From an uncultured bacterium (GTDB taxonomy: Bacteria > Bacillota_I > Bacilli_A > RFN20 > CAG-826): 64,000 bases of DNA. Where the stretch lies: the NCBI GenBank assembly GCA_949299335.1, contig CASGAD010000030.1, positions 11,875-75,874 of the forward strand. Direction: 5' to 3'. This document shows, piece by piece, positions 17,395-30,624 of the stretch. Within the stretch, counting starts at the first letter, position 1. Each line of letters starts with the position of its first letter. The notes below the pieces were generated by a model that did no database searches, had not been told where the DNA came from, and saw nothing but the letters and a program-made list of their open reading frames with translations. The position numbers were made by a program, and so were the translations under genes.

Positions 17395-17523
17395 TGTGGG
17401 TGCTTAAGTATAGGCTGAGATAAGTGTGATACTCACTTGACCGTTGACCGGATCTAGGTAATGCTAGCGTTGGAACTATTTTTATAACGTATCTACCTAT
17501 TTCTGGGTGGATTTTTTCTTTTT
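17395..17523 (+). promoter_or_regulatory. TPP (THI-box) riboswitch with a putative terminator expression platform
   Basis: Conserved THI-element strings GGGTGC...GGCTGAGA...ACCGTTGACCGGATCTAGGTAATGCTAGCG. A hairpin follows, CTACCTA/TGGGTGG (17493-17510), then ATTTTTTCTTTTT. A thiamine transporter gene lies downstream. Confidence 0.85.
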
Positions 17524-17533
17524 AGGAGGCGTT

Positions 17534-18796
17534 ATGAAAATATCTACACTTGCTTTCGAACTTAAAGAAATAGATTGGTCCATCTTAGGAATTGTCTCAT
17601 TAATTTTATTAGGAGTGATTCTTTTAGCTGGAATAATTCTAGGTATTAATAAGTTCGTTATGAAATCAAAAGTCGTTAATGAAGGAGAGGTAAATGACGA
17701 TAAAATAAAATCGTATTTTTCTACTCATCTTACTGAAATTATATTTGCGACTGCTTTTCTAATTTTATTCGTTTTAATTTTTGCCGGTAAATTTTATTTT
17801 TCTTGGGAATATGGAGATACATTTACTCTTGATGAAGTTAATTTCTTTAAGTTAATCTTTGGTGGCAGTGTTACATTAGTAAATAAAGAATTTATTTTGT
17901 CTAGTAATCCTTTATTAATTGCTTCCTTTATTTTAATTTTATGTGGAGCAGTTTTTACGTCAATATTCTTCTATTTTAATAAAGAAAATAAAATTTTGCT
18001 TAAGATTTGCAATACTTTTTCTTTAATTTCAATAGTTACTGGTTTAATTTTAATTACTGTTTATTTCCAACAATTTAATAGTTTTTATGATTTTTCAAGT
18101 TTATTTAATGAAGAATATTACCTATATATTGATACATTTTCTTACTCAGCTTTCTTCATTGTCTTTTTAGTTTTACTCCTTGCTTTATGCAATGTTAGAA
18201 ATATCTTTAGTAGTGTTAAATATACAACTCAAGATATTTGTGAAGAAGGAATTTTAATTGCTTTAGCAGTTGTTCTTGATTCATTTGTTAAATTTAAAGT
18301 CCAAGCTGGTGGAGGAAGTATTGGCTTTGCTGCTATCCCTCTATTCATTATTTCTATTAGACACGGAGCTTATAAAGGATTTGTAGCCAGTGCCATTATG
18401 TTTGGCTTAATTACTTGCATGATTGATGGATATGGCTTCCAAACTTATCCATTTGATTACTTTATTGGCTTTGGTGGATATTGTCTCGTTGGTTTATTTT
18501 TCTCTTTATTTAAACTTTTCTATAAAAATAAACCTAACGATGAAAACTATAAGCACTATGAATTTTTATATAGCGCATTAGGAATTACAGTTGGTTGTAT
18601 ATTTGCCATGATTGTTAGATATATTGGTTCATCATTATCAAGCATTATTTTATATGATTATTCATTAACTGATGCTTTAATTTATAACTCAACTTATATT
18701 CCATTTACTATGTTACTTGATTGGTTTGTCACACTTTTATTACTTAAACCAATTTTAATGATTAATAATCGCTTTAAGTATAGACAATCCAATTAA
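17534..18796 (+). CDS. thiT: Thiamine transporter ThiT (ECF S-component) with an extra roughly 230-aa N-terminal membrane domain
   Basis: Start moved from the track's GTG at 17507 to the ATG at 17534, which has the RBS AGGAGG at 17524-17529. The C-terminal half (EGILIALAVVLDSFVKFKV...GGGSIGFAAIPLFIISIRHG...) resembles ThiT/YuaJ. The TPP riboswitch lies upstream. Confidence 0.75.
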   Translation: MKISTLAFELKEIDWSILGIVSLILLGVILLAGIILGINKFVMKSKVVNEGEVNDDKIKSYFSTHLTEIIFATAFLILFVLIFAGKFYFSWEYGDTFTLDEVNFFKLIFGGSVTLVNKEFILSSNPLLIASFILILCGAVFTSIFFYFNKENKILLKICNTFSLISIVTGLILITVYFQQFNSFYDFSSLFNEEYYLYIDTFSYSAFFIVFLVLLLALCNVRNIFSSVKYTTQDICEEGILIALAVVLDSFVKFKVQAGGGSIGFAAIPLFIISIRHGAYKGFVASAIMFGLITCMIDGYGFQTYPFDYFIGFGGYCLVGLFFSLFKLFYKNKPNDENYKHYEFLYSALGITVGCIFAMIVRYIGSSLSSIILYDYSLTDALIYNSTYIPFTMLLDWFVTLLLLKPILMINNRFKYRQSN

Positions 18797-18818
18797 TATT
18801 AATTTGCTTTTCGTACTT

Positions 18819-18848
18819 AGACCATTTCAGTTTGAAGTGGTCTTTTTT
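18819..18848 (+). terminator. Rho-independent terminator of thiT
   Basis: 11-bp stem AGACCATTTCA/TGAAGTGGTCT (one G-U pair), a 3-nt loop, then a T5 run. Confidence 0.7.
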
Positions 18849-18884
18849 GTTTATAAATGTTTTAAATTGGTTTAAAATCAAACT

Positions 18885-19187
18885 ATGAGAATTAAAGAGA
18901 TAGTATCAAAAGAATTAGAAAAAAATCAAATGAAGCAAAATGTCTTCAAAGAAGAAATTGAAGAGTTGCCTCTAGGTAGTTTAGTTAAAGTTAAAGGTAA
19001 AAGTAGTGTTTACGTTTATTTAAAGTACCGAGTTGGCACTACAGTTGTTTCTAAATATGTTGGCAAAGAAAATGATGTACTAGTCTCTAAAATGGAAATG
19101 GACATTAGAAGAAGAAAAGCTCTTGAGTCTAAATTAAAAGAACTTAAAGAGGAAGAAGAAATAATGTTAAAAATGTTAAAAATATAG
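18885..19187 (+). CDS. Small charged coiled-coil protein, unknown function
   Basis: 100 aa with a beta-rich centre (LGSLVKVKGKSSVYVYLKYRVG) and a basic/acidic helical tail. No recognisable catalytic motif. Confidence 0.4.
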   Translation: MRIKEIVSKELEKNQMKQNVFKEEIEELPLGSLVKVKGKSSVYVYLKYRVGTTVVSKYVGKENDVLVSKMEMDIRRRKALESKLKELKEEEEIMLKMLKI

Positions 19188-19221
19188 CAAAAATTCAAAA
19201 AATATAAACTCTGTTTATATG

Positions 19222-19257
19222 ATTAGGTTAAAGAATTGCTTCTTTAGCCTAATTTTA
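19222..19257 (+). terminator. Rho-independent terminator
   Basis: 14-bp stem ATTAGGTTAAAGAA/TTCTTTAGCCTAAT (one G-U pair), loop TTGC, then TTTT. Confidence 0.65.
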
Positions 19258-19317
19258 TTATTAGAAAATTGATAAATATAGTAGAATTAATTTGAGTTTT
19301 GGAAAAGGAGTAATTTC

Positions 19318-20367
19318 ATGGGACTAAAAAAATTTAATGAAGAGGAAAAAGTTGATCAAGAAGAAGAAAAAGTAGAGTCCAAAGAAGAGGAAGAAAAATC
19401 TAAACTTGAATCAATTATTTTGGAAAATTCTAAAGAGGAAGAGGAACTAAAGAATTTACCTCTTGATGAAAAACAAAAAGTCGTAACTGGTAAAATTGAA
19501 GATGCTAGATTAGCTTATTTTGCTTATACTAAAAAGCAAAAAAAGATTAACACAATGATTAGTGTAGGCGTCATTATCATTTTAATTATCTGCATTGTTT
19601 TAATTTTCGCTTTAGGAAACACCTATCAGTGGGTTAGCTATTTAGCACTAGGCTTAATGGTTGTCTCAGTTGTTTTAACTTTTGTAGCTACTAAAGTTAT
19701 TAAAAATAAACTTAGCAAGCAAGCTGAAGAGTACATTAGAGTTTTATACCAAAATGAAAATGAATATCTTTTTAGCGGAGAAAATTTCTCTAAGCTTGAA
19801 GTTAAAGCTTATGGACAGCTTAAAGATGAATTATTTATCGATGCAAGATTTTATAAAAACATCAAAGGTACAAAATCTAGAAATTTAGTTAGTGTTTACT
19901 ATAAAGATAAACAATTAGGTTCAGCTGATTTAGCAGCAAATATTTTAATTAAAAATAGATTATCACCAATGTTTTTAGGAAAATTCTATGATTACACATC
20001 TAGATACGATAAAGATGATAAACGTATAGTCATGCAAATTAAAGGTGGTCAATTATCTCGTCCTATTGATGATGTTGATGATCTTAAACTTGTTGAAGGC
20101 AATGATACATATTGTATTTATACTAACGATGATGAATGGAGAAAAATCTTAAATGCCCATGTCATCAAAGACATTTTAAAGTTAAAAATCGATAAGACAT
20201 TGATTGATGTTTTAATTTCGATTAGAAAAGGTAAATGTAGTATTGGTATCGATTATATCGATGAATTCATGAATATTCCTGTCGAACATGAATTTGATTT
20301 TAATAATGTTAAAAGAGTAGAACTTGATTTAAACAAAATATTAACAGTATTTGACGACTTGAATTAA
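19318..20367 (+). CDS. Membrane protein with an acidic N-terminus, 2 TM helices and a roughly 220-aa C-terminal domain; unknown function
   Basis: 349 aa. Glu/Lys-rich N-terminus, TM helices ISVGVIIILIICIVLIFAL and LALGLMVVSVVLTFVA, RBS AAAGGAG. Confidence 0.5.
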   Translation: MGLKKFNEEEKVDQEEEKVESKEEEEKSKLESIILENSKEEEELKNLPLDEKQKVVTGKIEDARLAYFAYTKKQKKINTMISVGVIIILIICIVLIFALGNTYQWVSYLALGLMVVSVVLTFVATKVIKNKLSKQAEEYIRVLYQNENEYLFSGENFSKLEVKAYGQLKDELFIDARFYKNIKGTKSRNLVSVYYKDKQLGSADLAANILIKNRLSPMFLGKFYDYTSRYDKDDKRIVMQIKGGQLSRPIDDVDDLKLVEGNDTYCIYTNDDEWRKILNAHVIKDILKLKIDKTLIDVLISIRKGKCSIGIDYIDEFMNIPVEHEFDFNNVKRVELDLNKILTVFDDLN

Positions 20368-20395
20368 TGATATTTATTTTGAAAGGAGGGCATTT

Positions 20396-20944
20396 ATGGA
20401 CTCATTAAAAAATAAATGGATTGAAATTCAAGGATATAAACATGATGGTAGAATGCATCGTATTTGGGATGATGTCTATGTTATAGATGAAAACGATGAA
20501 TATATTGTCGTAGCAAGTAAAAAGACTAAAGTTGTTGAACATGACTTTAGAATTCGGTATACAAAAGAACCTGCAATTATGATTTTCTTTAAAAATCATT
20601 GGTGGAATGTAATAGCAATGTTAAAGAAAATAGGGATTACATATTATGTAAATCTAGCTTCTCCATTTGTGATTGATTCTCAAAGGGTTAAATATATCGA
20701 TTATGATTTAGATATTAAACTATACCCTAATCATGATATTAGGTTAATTGACGTTAAAGAGTATTCTTACCATAAGAAAAAATATAATTATTCTGATGAT
20801 ATTGATAAAATATTGAGGTTTAATATAAATCAAATTAAAAACTATATGTCTAATAAAGTATTTCCATTTGATGATGAAGTAATTAAAAAATATTACGAGG
20901 ATTTCCTCGTTAAGACAAAGAAAGAAGATGATTTAAATGATTGA
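20396..20944 (+). CDS. DUF402 family protein (nucleoside tri/diphosphatase Ntdp/YgaC-like)
   Basis: 182 aa. The pattern KWIEIQGYKHDGRMHRIWD...YVNLASP...YIDYDLDIK matches the remembered DUF402 (UPF0374) signature. RBS GGAGGG. Confidence 0.55.
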   Translation: MDSLKNKWIEIQGYKHDGRMHRIWDDVYVIDENDEYIVVASKKTKVVEHDFRIRYTKEPAIMIFFKNHWWNVIAMLKKIGITYYVNLASPFVIDSQRVKYIDYDLDIKLYPNHDIRLIDVKEYSYHKKKYNYSDDIDKILRFNINQIKNYMSNKVFPFDDEVIKKYYEDFLVKTKKEDDLND

Positions 20945-21413
20945 AAAAATAGTTTCTAAAAGTGTAGAAGACACCATAGAAATTGGCAAAATCATTGCAA
21001 AAATGGCTTTTTGTGGTGAAGTCGTTACGTTAAGCGGTGATTTAGGAAGTGGCAAAACTACTTTAACTAAAGGTGTTGGGAAAGGCTTAGGGATTGAAGA
21101 AGAAATCAATTCTCCTACTTTTAATATTTTAAAATGTTATTTCCATGATCCTTTGCCTTTATATCATATTGATGCTTATAGATTAGAAGGCGTTAAAGCC
21201 GAGCAAAAAAATATAGGCTTAGAAGAAATTATTGAAGGAAATGGTATCACCTTAATTGAGTGGCCTATGTTTATAGAAGAATTTATTCCTTTTGATTCTT
21301 TATCAATTGAAATTCATAACGAAACTAATGGCGAAAGAAGTATAACTTTATCTACTAATTCACCTAAATATTTTGATTTAATCAAGGTCTTAAAGGAGAA
21401 ATTTGGATGTTAA
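20937..21413 (+). CDS. tsaE: tRNA t6A37 biosynthesis ATPase TsaE
   Basis: 158 aa with P-loop GDLGSGKTTLTKG and SPTFNI...HIDAYRL. Sits in a tsaE-tsaB-rimI-tsaD arrangement. Confidence 0.9.
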   Translation: MIEKIVSKSVEDTIEIGKIIAKMAFCGEVVTLSGDLGSGKTTLTKGVGKGLGIEEEINSPTFNILKCYFHDPLPLYHIDAYRLEGVKAEQKNIGLEEIIEGNGITLIEWPMFIEEFIPFDSLSIEIHNETNGERSITLSTNSPKYFDLIKVLKEKFGC

Positions 21414-21994
21414 GTTTATTATTAGATAGCGCAGATAAAAAATTGCTTGTTGCTTTATTTAAAGATGATAAAAAGTTTGATGAGATTTCTTATGAAGCAT
21501 GGCAAAGACAAAGTGAATTAATGATCCCAGAATTAAAAAAGATTCTAGATAGAAATAAGATTGATCCAAAAGAAATTAATGAAATAATCGTTACTTTAGG
21601 TCCTGGTTCATATACTGGAGTTAGAATCGCCTTAACTATCGCTAAAGTCTATGCTTTAAGCCTTAATATTCCTTGCTATGCTATATCTAGTTTAGCTGCT
21701 TTAAAATCAAACAGAGGAAATTCAATTTGTTTAATAAATGCTCGTAGTAATCGTAGTTATTTTGCAGTCTATGATGAAAATGGGAAAGCAATTATTCAAG
21801 ATAAAGTCTTAAAAAACGATGAGGTTATTAACTATATTAATGAACATAAAGATTATCATGTTTGTGGTGATGTAACATATTTAAATATTGAAGGTGAAAA
21901 TAACGATTTATCCACCAGTATGTATTCGTTAAAAAGCGATGATACATTAGTAGAAAATATTCTTTCTTTAAAGGCGGTTTATTTAAAAGATTAA
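21407..21994 (+). CDS. tsaB: tRNA t6A37 biosynthesis protein TsaB
   Basis: 195 aa, YeaZ-like motif GPGSYTGVRIALTIAK, conserved operon position. Confidence 0.85.
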   Translation: MLSLLLDSADKKLLVALFKDDKKFDEISYEAWQRQSELMIPELKKILDRNKIDPKEINEIIVTLGPGSYTGVRIALTIAKVYALSLNIPCYAISSLAALKSNRGNSICLINARSNRSYFAVYDENGKAIIQDKVLKNDEVINYINEHKDYHVCGDVTYLNIEGENNDLSTSMYSLKSDDTLVENILSLKAVYLKD

Positions 21995-21995
21995 T

Positions 21996-22433
21996 ATGGA
22001 ATTTAAAATTGCTTCTATTAATGATATTGAGTCAATCAAACTCATTGAGGATGAATCTTTTAAAAATCCATTTTCATTAGAGCAACTTGAATATGAAATT
22101 AAGGAAAATCCATTTTCTAAATATATTCTTTATTTAGTGAATGATGAAATTGCTGGATTTATTAATTTTTGGATTACATTTGATAGCGCAACAATTAATC
22201 AAATCGCGGTTAAAAAAGCGTTTAGAAATCGAGGAATTGCAACAAAATTAATTGAATATGCTGAAAGTTTATTAAAAAAAGAAAATGTAGAATTTTTTAC
22301 TTTAGAAGTTAGAAAAAGTAATGAAGCTGCCATAAAACTATATTTGAAAACTGGCTTTATGAAAGTTAGCGAAAAGAAGCAATATTATGATGATGGAGAA
22401 GATGCCATTTATATGGTAAAAGGAGAAATATAA
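21996..22433 (+). CDS. rimI: Ribosomal-protein-alanine N-acetyltransferase (GNAT)
   Basis: 145 aa with the GNAT acetyl-CoA motif QIAVKKAFRNRGIATKLI. Lies between tsaB and tsaD. Confidence 0.8.
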   Translation: MEFKIASINDIESIKLIEDESFKNPFSLEQLEYEIKENPFSKYILYLVNDEIAGFINFWITFDSATINQIAVKKAFRNRGIATKLIEYAESLLKKENVEFFTLEVRKSNEAAIKLYLKTGFMKVSEKKQYYDDGEDAIYMVKGEI

Positions 22434-23452
22434 TGGAAGGTCATGTAATTATTTTGGGAATTGAAAGCAGTTGTGATGAGACAGCTTGCGCAATTACCGA
22501 TAATGGAAAATTACTTGCAAATATTATTTCAAGCCAAATAGATGTTCATAGAAAATATGGCGGGGTAATGCCTGAAATTGCTAGTAGATTACATTTAGAA
22601 AATATTGGTTGTGTAATTAGTGAAGCTTTACATGTGGCAAATATTAAAATGGAAGATGTTTCGGCGATTGCTGTAACTAGAGGACCAGGATTAATTGGAG
22701 CTTTACATGTTGGACTTCAAGCAGCAAAAACATTAAGCTTAATTTATAATATTCCATTAATTCCTGTTCACCATTTAACTGGGCATATTTACGCTAATGA
22801 ATTTATTAAACCACTACATTTCCCATTACTTGCTGTAGTTGTTAGTGGTGGAAATACCGAATTAGTCTACATGAAAGACCACTTAAATTTTGAGATAATT
22901 GGTGAAACTAAGGATGATGCAATCGGAGAAAGTTATGATAAAGTTGCTAGAGTCTTAGGTTTACCTTATCCGGGAGGAGTAGAAATTGATAGATTAGCTA
23001 AAATAGGAAAACATTCTTATAAACTTCCTACTCCACTCCATGATGGTAGCCTAAATTTTTCCTATAGTGGACTAAAAACAGCAGTCATTAATTTAGTGCA
23101 TAATTTAGAACAAAAAGATGAAAAAATAGTTGTTGAAGATATGGCTAAATCTTTCCAAGATGTTGCTGTTGGTATGGTTATTGATAGAGTTAAAAAAGCA
23201 ACTAGCGAATATAAAGTAAAAGAAATAGTCCTAGCCGGAGGGGTTAGTGCTAATAGTTATTTAAGAAGTGAAATTGTTGAAACCTTTAAAAACACTGATA
23301 TAGAGGTAGAAATTCCACCATTATGGTGTACAACTGACAACGCTGCGATGATTGCAAAAGTTGGAGAATATTTATATAAAGAAAAAGTATTTGCCTCTTT
23401 AGATTTAGGTGTTGATCCAAGTTGGCGAATTGAAGATTTTAAAAAGTTTTAA
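22433..23452 (+). CDS. tsaD: tRNA N6-adenosine threonylcarbamoyltransferase TsaD
   Basis: 339 aa, Kae1/Gcp family: GIESSCDET, HHLTGHI, GGVSANS. Confidence 0.95.
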   Translation: MEGHVIILGIESSCDETACAITDNGKLLANIISSQIDVHRKYGGVMPEIASRLHLENIGCVISEALHVANIKMEDVSAIAVTRGPGLIGALHVGLQAAKTLSLIYNIPLIPVHHLTGHIYANEFIKPLHFPLLAVVVSGGNTELVYMKDHLNFEIIGETKDDAIGESYDKVARVLGLPYPGGVEIDRLAKIGKHSYKLPTPLHDGSLNFSYSGLKTAVINLVHNLEQKDEKIVVEDMAKSFQDVAVGMVIDRVKKATSEYKVKEIVLAGGVSANSYLRSEIVETFKNTDIEVEIPPLWCTTDNAAMIAKVGEYLYKEKVFASLDLGVDPSWRIEDFKKF

Positions 23453-23488
23453 TAATGATATAATTTTATTTGATTTAGGGAGGGCGTT

Positions 23489-24871
23489 ATGAGTCAAAAG
23501 AGAAGTTTAACAAATAGACAATTATTCTTAGAGTTTTATGATTCTAAACTCAAAGAAGGAAGAGAAGTTACTTTAGAAGGTTGGATTAAAACTAATAGAG
23601 ACAATGGTAGTGTTGGATTTATTGCTTTTAATGATGGGAGCTACTTCAAAAATATTCAAATTGTTTATGATGCTAATAATAAAGAATATGATAAATTTGC
23701 TCATTTAAGATATGGTACTTCCATTGAAGTTACTGGAAATATTAAATTAACTCCAGAAGCTCAACAGCCATTTGAAATTCACGCTTCAAAAATTGAAGTT
23801 TTAGGTGATTGTAGCGAAGATTATCCACTTCAAAAGAAAAGACATACATTTGAATTTTTAAGAGATATTGCTTATTTAAGACCAAGAGCAAACACTTTTA
23901 ATGCTGTATTTAGAATTAGAAATACATTAGCTTACGCAATTCATAGATATTTCCAAGAAAGAGGATTTATGTATGTTCATACTCCTATTATTACAGCCAA
24001 TGATGCTGAAGGTGCTGGACAAGTATTTCATGTAATTGCTGATCCAAAACATCCAGCTGATTTCTTTAACGCAAACGCTTGTTTAACAGTTAGTGGACAA
24101 CTTCACGTTGAGTCTTTTGCTTTAGCCTTTAGAGATGTTTATACTTTTGGACCTACTTTTAGAGCTGAAAATTCAAATACCAATCGTCACGCAAGTGAAT
24201 TCTGGATGATTGAACCAGAAATCGCTTTTGCTGATTTAGAAGATGATATGGATTTAATTGAGTCATTTTTAAAATATATTATTAAGTATGTTTTAGATAA
24301 TTGTAAGGATGAAATGGCTTTCTGTAACACCATGATTGAAAAAGGTGTTATTGATAAATTAAATAGTGTTTTAAATTCAGCTTTTAGAAGAATGACTTAT
24401 ACAGAAGGTGTTGAATTGCTTAAAAAGGCCGTAAAAGACGGACATAAATTTGAAAATAATGATATATACTGGGGAATGGATTTGCAAAGCGAACATGAAA
24501 GATATCTTACAGAAGTAGTCGTCAAAGGACCTGTATTTTTAACAGACTACCCAAAAGAAATTAAAGCTTTCTATATGAAACTTAATCCAGATAATAAGAC
24601 TGTTGCAGCATGTGATTTGCTTGTTCCACGTGAAGGTGAAATCGTTGGTGGATCTCAAAGAGAAGAAGACTATGAAAAGCTTCAAGCCAAGATGAAAGAA
24701 CTTGGAAATGATAAAGGCTTAGAATGGTATCTTAACTTAAGAAAATATGGTGGATGTAAACACGCTGGTTTTGGTCTTGGATTTGATAGATTATTAATGT
24801 ATATTACAGGTATACAAAATATTAGAGACGTTGAACCATATCCACGTACACCAGGAAGTTTAAAATATTAA
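23489..24871 (+). CDS. asnS: Asparagine--tRNA ligase
   Basis: 460 aa class IIb aaRS. FRAENSNTNRHASEFWMIEPE and GGSQREE...GFGLGFDRL fit AsnRS. Confidence 0.9.
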   Translation: MSQKRSLTNRQLFLEFYDSKLKEGREVTLEGWIKTNRDNGSVGFIAFNDGSYFKNIQIVYDANNKEYDKFAHLRYGTSIEVTGNIKLTPEAQQPFEIHASKIEVLGDCSEDYPLQKKRHTFEFLRDIAYLRPRANTFNAVFRIRNTLAYAIHRYFQERGFMYVHTPIITANDAEGAGQVFHVIADPKHPADFFNANACLTVSGQLHVESFALAFRDVYTFGPTFRAENSNTNRHASEFWMIEPEIAFADLEDDMDLIESFLKYIIKYVLDNCKDEMAFCNTMIEKGVIDKLNSVLNSAFRRMTYTEGVELLKKAVKDGHKFENNDIYWGMDLQSEHERYLTEVVVKGPVFLTDYPKEIKAFYMKLNPDNKTVAACDLLVPREGEIVGGSQREEDYEKLQAKMKELGNDKGLEWYLNLRKYGGCKHAGFGLGFDRLLMYITGIQNIRDVEPYPRTPGSLKY

Positions 24872-24872
24872 T

Positions 24873-25196
24873 ATGTATATCGAAGACGAAGAAAAATTAA
24901 GTGATATTTATAGTAAACCTAGTGATAGAAAAACTAGTAAAGATGATGTAGAGGCTGTTTCAATAGAAGAAGATAGCAAAGATTCATCAATAGTTTTAGA
25001 TATGGCAGAAACTAAGGAAGTAACTCCTTCAGTAAGAGATTCTCGAGTTGAAGTTAAGTTATCTCCTGAAGATATTGAACTTAAGCGTAAGAAAAAAAGG
25101 GTAGTTTTATTTTCTTTACTTTGTGTAGTAGATGTTGCTTTACTTGGATATATAATCTATTTAGTGGTAATGATATTTATTAATTTAGCTAAATAA
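24873..25196 (+). CDS. Small C-terminally membrane-anchored acidic protein, unknown function
   Basis: 107 aa. Acidic N-terminus and a single C-terminal TM helix (VVLFSLLCVVDVALLGYIIYLVVMIFI). Confidence 0.4.
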   Translation: MYIEDEEKLSDIYSKPSDRKTSKDDVEAVSIEEDSKDSSIVLDMAETKEVTPSVRDSRVEVKLSPEDIELKRKKKRVVLFSLLCVVDVALLGYIIYLVVMIFINLAK

Positions 25197-25223
25197 AAAC
25201 TTCTCATGTTTGAGAAGTTTTTT
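25196..25223. terminator. Bidirectional rho-independent terminator between convergent genes
   Basis: Perfect 11-bp stem AAAACTTCTCA/TGAGAAGTTTT with loop TGTT, flanked by A and T runs. Confidence 0.75.
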
Positions 25224-25242
25224 AATAGATAAATTTAAATAC

Positions 25243-25881
25243 CTAATTGATATTTTTATCAAAAATAACGCTTGGCATCGAAAAAATTTTAGAAGTGGTA
25301 AGAGTATAAATATATTGAGCCATTTGTTCGTTTGAAACATTAAATGTTTCTAAAGTCATTGAATATAATAGTCCACTTAAAGCCCCAGCGTAGTAGCTAG
25401 AAATAATTTCCATTGGGATGTCTGCTACTAAATATGCTTTATGATCAGTTACTAAAGTAGGGATCATTTCTTTAATGAAGTAATATAAGCTAGTGTAAAC
25501 CGATTTTTCTTTATCATTTTGAATAATTTTTCTAAATAAACTATTGTCATCATAAAATAAAGTAACTAATGAAACTAAAATATCGAGGTAGCCAATACTT
25601 TTATTAGCTTCACCTAAATACTTATTTCTTAAATTTTCAAAAGTACTAAAGGTGGTTCTTAAAAAAACATATTTCATGAGCTCCTCTTTGTTTTTGAAGT
25701 TATTATAAAAGGTAAGTTTTGAAATTAAGGCATTTTCACAGATTTCCTTTACTGAGATTTTATCAAAACTTTTAACTTCTAAAAGCTCAAGGAGTGAATC
25801 GGCCAAATCACGTTTAGTTCTTACAATTCGGATATCTTCTTTTTTATTTCTTTGCTGTTTAAGCTCATACATCTTTGTCAT
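25243..25881 (-). CDS. TetR/AcrR-family transcriptional regulator
   Basis: 212 aa with the N-terminal HTH RTKRDLADSLLELLEVKSFDKISVKEICENALISKLTFYNNF. Confidence 0.8.
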   Translation of the reverse strand: MTKMYELKQQRNKKEDIRIVRTKRDLADSLLELLEVKSFDKISVKEICENALISKLTFYNNFKNKEELMKYVFLRTTFSTFENLRNKYLGEANKSIGYLDILVSLVTLFYDDNSLFRKIIQNDKEKSVYTSLYYFIKEMIPTLVTDHKAYLVADIPMEIISSYYAGALSGLLYSMTLETFNVSNEQMAQYIYTLTTSKIFSMPSVIFDKNIN

Positions 25882-26058
25882 AATTTTGTCCTAATTCCTT
25901 TCTTTATTTTGTTATTATAACTATAGTCAATTTATTTATATATTTCATCCTTTATTATAAAAATATACAAAGATAAACTTTAGTAAAAAATCTTTAGTTG
26001 ATTTTATTTTTATTTATATATAAATAAAATGGTAAAAAAATGGTATACTTTTAAAGTT

Positions 26059-30316
<4,258 letters not shown>

Positions 30317-30326
30317 GAGGTGTTTT

Positions 30327-30623
30327 ATGAAAAAAGTTAATAAAGAAGTCTTAAAAGACGCAGCCAATCGACTATATTTTGATATGACTGATGATGAGTA
30401 TGAAACTCTTTTAGAAGAATTTGATACGATTCAAGAAGAATTTGAGTTAATGGGACAAATTTGTGGAGTTGATGAAGTTACTCCAATGACTTTTCCTTTT
30501 GATGTATCAATTGATTATTTAAGAGATGATATCCCTGAAACACCTTTAGATGTTGAAGATGTTTTAAAGAATGCTGGTAATGTGAAAGATGGACAAATTA
30601 AATTACCAAAGGTGGTAGGCTAA
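30327..30623 (+). CDS. gatC: Asp/Glu-tRNA amidotransferase subunit C
   Basis: Start moved to the ATG at 30327, which has the RBS AAGAGG; the track start is a TTG inside ligA. 98 aa, followed by gatA and gatB. Confidence 0.85.
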   Translation: MKKVNKEVLKDAANRLYFDMTDDEYETLLEEFDTIQEEFELMGQICGVDEVTPMTFPFDVSIDYLRDDIPETPLDVEDVLKNAGNVKDGQIKLPKVVG

Positions 30624-30624
30624 A

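Noticed and set aside
26029-26058. N-terminal extensions given by the ORF track: pcrA 26029, gatC 30297, thiT 17507, GH3-A 45259, lipoprotein 48195, tnpA 61837
   Set aside because: In each case an internal ATG preceded by a good Shine-Dalgarno yields the canonical N-terminus or a proper signal peptide. The upstream starts are TTG/GTG, lack an RBS, or overlap the preceding gene.
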